From assembly GCA_037441705.1 (NCBI GenBank), contig JBBIRR010000012.1, positions 1-64,000 of the forward strand: a stretch of DNA of 64,000 bases. The letters run 5' to 3'. This document shows positions 59,412-64,000 of this stretch, one piece after another. The stretch comes from Ignavibacteriales bacterium (lineage in GTDB: Bacteria; Bacteroidota; Ignavibacteria; UBA10030; UBA6906). How positions within the stretch are numbered: position 1 is the first letter of the stretch; every line of letters starts with the position of its first letter. The notes below the pieces were generated by a model. That model was not told the origin of the DNA, did not search any database, and was given only the letters and a program-made list of their open reading frames with translations. The position numbers were made by a program, and so were the translations under genes.

Positions 59412-62400
59412 TTACGGCCTTTGGGCATCCAGCACCTGCCGAACCGTGAGGAGCATGCTATCGGGCCGGTAGGGTTTCTGGATAAACTCCAGAACCCCGA
59501 GCGCCTGAAGATCCGATCTGACGGCAGGGTCGATGAAACCGCTGGCGATCACAATATTGGCGGCCGGATTCATTTCACGCATTCTGCGGGCTACCTCCGA
59601 GCCTTCCAGTCTTGGCAAGCCGAGATCGCAGATGACAAGGTCAATTGTCGCCCCGTGTTTGGCGTATTGTGCAACACCCTCTTCACCATCTCTTGCCGAA
59701 AGAACACGATATCCTTTTGACGAGAGAACAAGCTCTGCAAGATTACGAAGCATCTCCTCATCCTCCACCAACAGAATCGTCTCGGTGCCACCGGGTATTT
59801 CTGCCGTCATCACCTGTCGAGTTTCCTCCGACAAGCCGAATCGCTCGTCAATCGGGAGGTAGATGTGGAAGGTACTTCCCCGGCCCGGCCTGCTGTCCAC
59901 TTCGATAAAACCGTTGTGCGTTTCAATGATACTGTAGACGAGGGCGAGTCCCAGGCCGGTTCCTTTGCCGGGACCTTTTGTTGTAAAGAAGGGATCGAAG
60001 ATGCGCTGCCGTGTTTGTTCATCCATGCCGATGCCGGTGTCGGCGACCTCGAGATGAACGTACTGACTGCCACCGGCTTTGGGGAACTTCGCTGCAAGGC
60101 GGTCGGCCGGTACAGTAGAGCTTCGGATGGACAGCAAGCCGCCCTTGGGCATTGCATCTCGTGCGTTCACGCAGAGGTTGAGCAGGACTTGATGCATCTG
60201 CGTTGCATCAGCGACGATCGGAGGGAGACCGGGTTGAAGCGTCGTGTCAATCTCTATTGTTTTTGGGAAGGTTCCCCGAATGAGTTTCGTCACCTCTTGA
60301 ATACTGTCGTTGAGGAGAACGGACTCCATGACGGTCTCCGTTTTCCGGGCGAAGGTGAGCAACTGTCGCACCAACGACGCGCCGCGTTGCGTTGCCTTGT
60401 TGATGGCCTCGATCGTCTGAGAAAGTTTCTTAAAGGTCACCGGGCCTTGTTCGAGCACGGACGTGTAGCCGAGAATGATGCCGAGGATGTTGTTGAAATC
60501 ATGGGCGATACCGCCGGCAAGTGTCCCAAGGCTCTCCATCTTCTGCGCCTGGCGAAGCTGCTCCTCCAGAAGTTTCCTCGGCGTGTCGTCGAAGAGGTAC
60601 GATTGAATCCGCTGCAGCGCTCCATCGCTGTCGAAGATACCGATAATGTTCGAGATGACATAGACAGGACGGCCGCTGCGATGTCGCAATTCGAGGGGGT
60701 GATATTTTAGCGTACGCTCGCGTATCAACAACTCGATCACCTCTTTTTGTTTTTCGGGACTTGGCCAGAGGTGAGTAATGTTGGTTTGCATGGCTTCCTC
60801 TTCGGAGGCGAAGCCGAACATCCTGACATACGCGGGATTGCACATGAGCACACGCCCGTCGGGCGAAACCACGATATCGGCAGTCAGGTCTTGCTCAAAG
60901 AACGTACGGTATCTCTCCTCACTTTCGCGGAGAGCTTCTTCGGCCCTCTTACGATCGGTGATATCGAAGGCCGTCCCCACCCCGGCCGTTTTCCCCTCGA
61001 ACTCAATGATGCCCGCGGTGAAGTCGAGCCAGCGTTCTTCTCCATTCTTGGTGAGAATCTTGAACTCGTAGCGGGACGGGACGGACTCTCCTCGCTGGCG
61101 GGCAAGGCCTCGCGCTCGAATCATCTCCCGATGGTCCGGATGTACAAGGTCCCAGAACTTCATGCGCACAAGTTCTTCTTCGGAGTATCCGGTGAGTGTA
61201 ACCGCATACCTGTTGACATACCTGAAATACTCGTCTTGATAGATGAAGATCGCTGTTGCGGCGGTTTCGGCGACGGTGCGGAATTTCGCCTCGCTCTCAC
61301 GCAGCGCCTGCTCTGCTCGCTTCCGCTCGGAGATGTCGCTGGCAACCCCGATGAGCGCCATAGGATTTCCATGATCGTCCTTGACCACAGAAGTAGAAAG
61401 GAAGATGGGAAACTCCGTTCCGTCCTTTCGGCGGTTTATCAGTTCGCCGCGCCAGCCACCGCGAAGTGTTCCGGGACGAATCTCCTGATACACGGTGGCC
61501 GGCGTTTGCGGAGAGCGCAGAATATTCACGTGCTTGCCGAGCAGTTCGTCGGGCGTGTAGCCGTACGTCTTCAGGAATGCGTCGTTCACGAACATCAGAT
61601 TGTCCTGCATGTCCGTAATACTGACGGCTTCATCAATACTGCGCAGGGCATGCGCAAGCATGTCGATTTGTTTGCCGGCGCGTTTCCACTCCGTAACATC
61701 CCGTGCCACCCACAACGTCTCCGTATCGCCCATCGGCGAGATGGAAGTAGAAAACCACAGTTTGCGCCCGCGGATCGTGAGTTCGTACTCGATGATAGTC
61801 GTCTGCTGCACGGCGAGGGTGTGGCGGATGGCTTGGAGAAAGCGGTCAGCTTGCTCGGGCGGAAAAATCTCGTGCAGATGCTTGCCGAGAAGTTCCTCTG
61901 CCGGCCTGTAGAGAAGTTCGGGGCGAGTAGGCGCGATGCGACGATAAACGCCGTCTCGGTCGAGTACCATCACGACGTCGTGCATGGCGGCGAACAACGC
62001 GCGCAGCTCAGCCTCGGACGCGGCAAGTGCCTCCTCTGTCCGTTTGCGTGCGGTGATGTCCTCCACCAGCGCCTGCACGCACGGCTTCCCCTGCATGTCG
62101 ATCGGCGTGAGGGTCAGAAGCGTTTCGTAGGGCGTTCCGTCTTTCCGCTTGAACTTGACGGGAAGCTGGCGCACAAATCCCTGCTGCTGAAGCAGCGCAA
62201 GGGCCTCCGTACGCTGGGCGGGGTCGTAGTAAAGCGCGGCGACGTTCCCCAAACGCCTGATATCTTCCGGAGTATACCCGCCCTGCTCCAGCATTGTTTT
62301 GTTGAAGATGAGAAGACTGCCCTCGCGATCCGCAACGCCGATACCGATGGGGGCAGCTTCAAACAACGTACGATACTGCGTTTCGCGCTCGCGCAGCGCG

Positions 62401-64000
62401 TCCTCGGCGCGTTTGCGTTCGACCTCTCGCTGGTATGCTTCCAGCGCGAACGAGATATCCATCGCCAGCTCGTCGAGAAGCTGAACCTCTTCTTCGGTGA
62501 AGTATCCGGGTTCGCCTGCATACAAACTGTACACACCAATCGTCCTGTCTCCGCGTTTCAAGGGGAAAGCTGCGAACGCTCGGAATCCCTCACGCAGCGC
62601 CTGCTCTCGCCAGGCCGGAAGGCACGGACCGTGCTCAATGTCGTTGCAGATGACATGCGTTCCTTGCCGGAATGCGTTCAGGATGGGACAGTGCGCATCT
62701 TCAAGCGACAGATGAAGTCCTTGCAGAAAGGTCGTGTTCGGCCCTGCATGGGCCGCCGGTTCAATCTTGTTGGTTGCCGCGTTGTACACCCCGACCCACG
62801 CAAAACGCAAGCCTCCTTTCTCCACGGCGATGCGGCATGCTTCGGCAAACAGTTGCTGCGGCTCGTTCAGGCGCACGATGGCCTGATTGATTTCAATGAG
62901 GACGGCATAAACGCGGTTGAGATGGCGAATCCGTTCTTCGGCGCGTTTTCGCTCCGTGATGTCGATCAGCGTGCCGATGATGGCGGGTTTGCCTCTGTGC
63001 TCCAGGCGCGAACCGAACACCTCGACAAAAATAGTGCTTCCGTTTTTCTGCACGGCCCGGAACTCGTATCGGATATTCGGAATGTCGCCTCGCTCGCGGC
63101 GGCGGATGTTCTCTTGTACAAGGGCGCGGTCGTCGGGATGGGTGAGTTCGATCGGTCCTATTTTCCCCACGATCTCTCCCGGTTCATAACCAAAGATACG
63201 TTCGAACGCGGGGTTCACATAGTGAAAGAGATTATCCTGAAAGAGATAGATGCCGGTGAGGGATGACTCGGCAAGAGTTCGAAATTGCTCCTCGTTTTCG
63301 CGAAGTGCATCCAGAGCGCGTTTCTGCTGCGTAATGTCTCGCGTAATGCACAGAACATCGGCCATCGGTTTATGTTTAGATCGCAAGGGAACGGCGTGGG
63401 TCTCCATCCAGCGGGATGCCCCTCGCAGTCCGACGATCTGAAATTCGATGGAGCCTGAGTCACCGTTTGCGACGCGCTGCAGAAGCCGTGCATAGCCCTC
63501 GCGATGTTCGGCCACAATGAGCGGGAAAACAGATTTGCCGGCTACTGCCTCAAAGCTCTCGGCCTCAATCATGCGCAAGCCCGCCGGGTTCATTTGCAGA
63601 AGCGTACCATCGGGTGTCACGACTTTGACGCACTCGGGTTCGGCTTCGAGAATTGCCCGGAGACGCTCTTCGCGCTCGCGCAGCACATCTTCCGCCTCCT
63701 TCCGTTCGGTGATGTCTTCTGCCGCACCGTAGATGCGAATCACGCGTTGCTGCTGTTTGTCCCACACCGGCACGGCAACATCGCGCAGCCATCGCGAGGT
63801 ACCGGCTCGTGTCACGAAACGCATCTCGCACACATCCGGCTGGCCGGCAATCACCGCGGAAGCATGGCGAAGGGCAAGCGGGAGGTCATCGCGGTGTACC
63901 ACGATCTGCCATCCTCCTTTGCTCTCAAGTTCCTCCAGCGTGTAGCCAAACACCTGTGTGAACGAATCGGTTACCCACTCTCCCTTCAACGTTCCATCGG
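59412..64000 (-). CDS. Hybrid histidine kinase: at least 8 PAS/PAC, GAF, HisKA, HATPase, REC (5' end outside the window)
   Basis: Repeated DITERK-type PAC ends; IAHDFNN; NARDA, DTGIG, GTGLGL; VEDE...CDLGLP; the frame stays open to the window edge. Confidence 0.92.
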   Translation of the reverse strand, partial: DGTLKGEWVTDSFTQVFGYTLEELESKGGWQIVVHRDDLPLALRHASAVIAGQPDVCEMRFVTRAGTSRWLRDVAVPVWDKQQQRVIRIYGAAEDITERKEAEDVLREREERLRAILEAEPECVKVVTPDGTLLQMNPAGLRMIEAESFEAVAGKSVFPLIVAEHREGYARLLQRVANGDSGSIEFQIVGLRGASRWMETHAVPLRSKHKPMADVLCITRDITQQKRALDALRENEEQFRTLAESSLTGIYLFQDNLFHYVNPAFERIFGYEPGEIVGKIGPIELTHPDDRALVQENIRRRERGDIPNIRYEFRAVQKNGSTIFVEVFGSRLEHRGKPAIIGTLIDITERKRAEERIRHLNRVYAVLIEINQAIVRLNEPQQLFAEACRIAVEKGGLRFAWVGVYNAATNKIEPAAHAGPNTTFLQGLHLSLEDAHCPILNAFRQGTHVICNDIEHGPCLPAWREQALREGFRAFAAFPLKRGDRTIGVYSLYAGEPGYFTEEEVQLLDELAMDISFALEAYQREVERKRAEDALRERETQYRTLFEAAPIGIGVADREGSLLIFNKTMLEQGGYTPEDIRRLGNVAALYYDPAQRTEALALLQQQGFVRQLPVKFKRKDGTPYETLLTLTPIDMQGKPCVQALVEDITARKRTEEALAASEAELRALFAAMHDVVMVLDRDGVYRRIAPTRPELLYRPAEELLGKHLHEIFPPEQADRFLQAIRHTLAVQQTTIIEYELTIRGRKLWFSTSISPMGDTETLWVARDVTEWKRAGKQIDMLAHALRSIDEAVSITDMQDNLMFVNDAFLKTYGYTPDELLGKHVNILRSPQTPATVYQEIRPGTLRGGWRGELINRRKDGTEFPIFLSTSVVKDDHGNPMALIGVASDISERKRAEQALRESEAKFRTVAETAATAIFIYQDEYFRYVNRYAVTLTGYSEEELVRMKFWDLVHPDHREMIRARGLARQRGESVPSRYEFKILTKNGEERWLDFTAGIIEFEGKTAGVGTAFDITDRKRAEEALRESEERYRTFFEQDLTADIVVSPDGRVLMCNPAYVRMFGFASEEEAMQTNITHLWPSPEKQKEVIELLIRERTLKYHPLELRHRSGRPVYVISNIIGIFDSDGALQRIQSYLFDDTPRKLLEEQLRQAQKMESLGTLAGGIAHDFNNILGIILGYTSVLEQGPVTFKKLSQTIEAINKATQRGASLVRQLLTFARKTETVMESVLLNDSIQEVTKLIRGTFPKTIEIDTTLQPGLPPIVADATQMHQVLLNLCVNARDAMPKGGLLSIRSSTVPADRLAAKFPKAGGSQYVHLEVADTGIGMDEQTRQRIFDPFFTTKGPGKGTGLGLALVYSIIETHNGFIEVDSRPGRGSTFHIYLPIDERFGLSEETRQVMTAEIPGGTETILLVEDEEMLRNLAELVLSSKGYRVLSARDGEEGVAQYAKHGATIDLVICDLGLPRLEGSEVARRMREMNPAANIVIASGFIDPAVRSDLQALGVLEFIQKPYRPDSMLLTVRQVLDAQRP

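Noticed and set aside
60747-63266. 839-aa plus-strand ORF
   Set aside because: Antisense shadow of the PAS kinase; no recognisable motifs or RBS.

Overview
Moderately GC-rich bacterial chromosomal window. Gene content and clear Shine-Dalgarno use suggest a deep-branching FCB/Ignavibacteria-like organism (inference). 0-31 kb is mostly housekeeping: a 2-oxoacid dehydrogenase E1a/E1b/E2-lipA operon interrupted by HicBA and HNH remnants, rplM-rpsI, rpsB-tsf-pyrH-frr, icd, a peptide-utilisation cluster (ProDH, OPT, stand-alone PqqD, PepD, MFSD1-like MFS), MacAB-like genes, uvrB, comF, gap-pgk, rhomboid and ispG. 31-43 kb is a peptidoglycan turnover region (SpoIID, amidase, AmpG, GT2, DUF4922, FHA-lytic transglycosylase, NamZ) with a type II R-M pair at the convergent junction. 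The best candidate for an undescribed system is the 10-gene cluster at 45.6-56.4 kb. It has two HybA/HybB (NrfC/NrfD-type) quinone-reactive modules, a 13-heme cytochrome c, a heme-motif sensor kinase with a Cys-rich insert in its ATPase domain, and four glycine-cleavage-H-like domains that lack the canonical lipoyl-lysine motif; two of these are the only output domains of response regulators. The window ends with a GlcD-like oxidoreductase, DUF5995, a hexapeptide acyltransferase and a truncated multi-PAS hybrid kinase. Three genes are broken by single-base indels in short homopolymer runs, which may be assembly errors. No rRNA, tRNA or CRISPR array was seen. All family assignments come from motif recognition by eye, not database searches.
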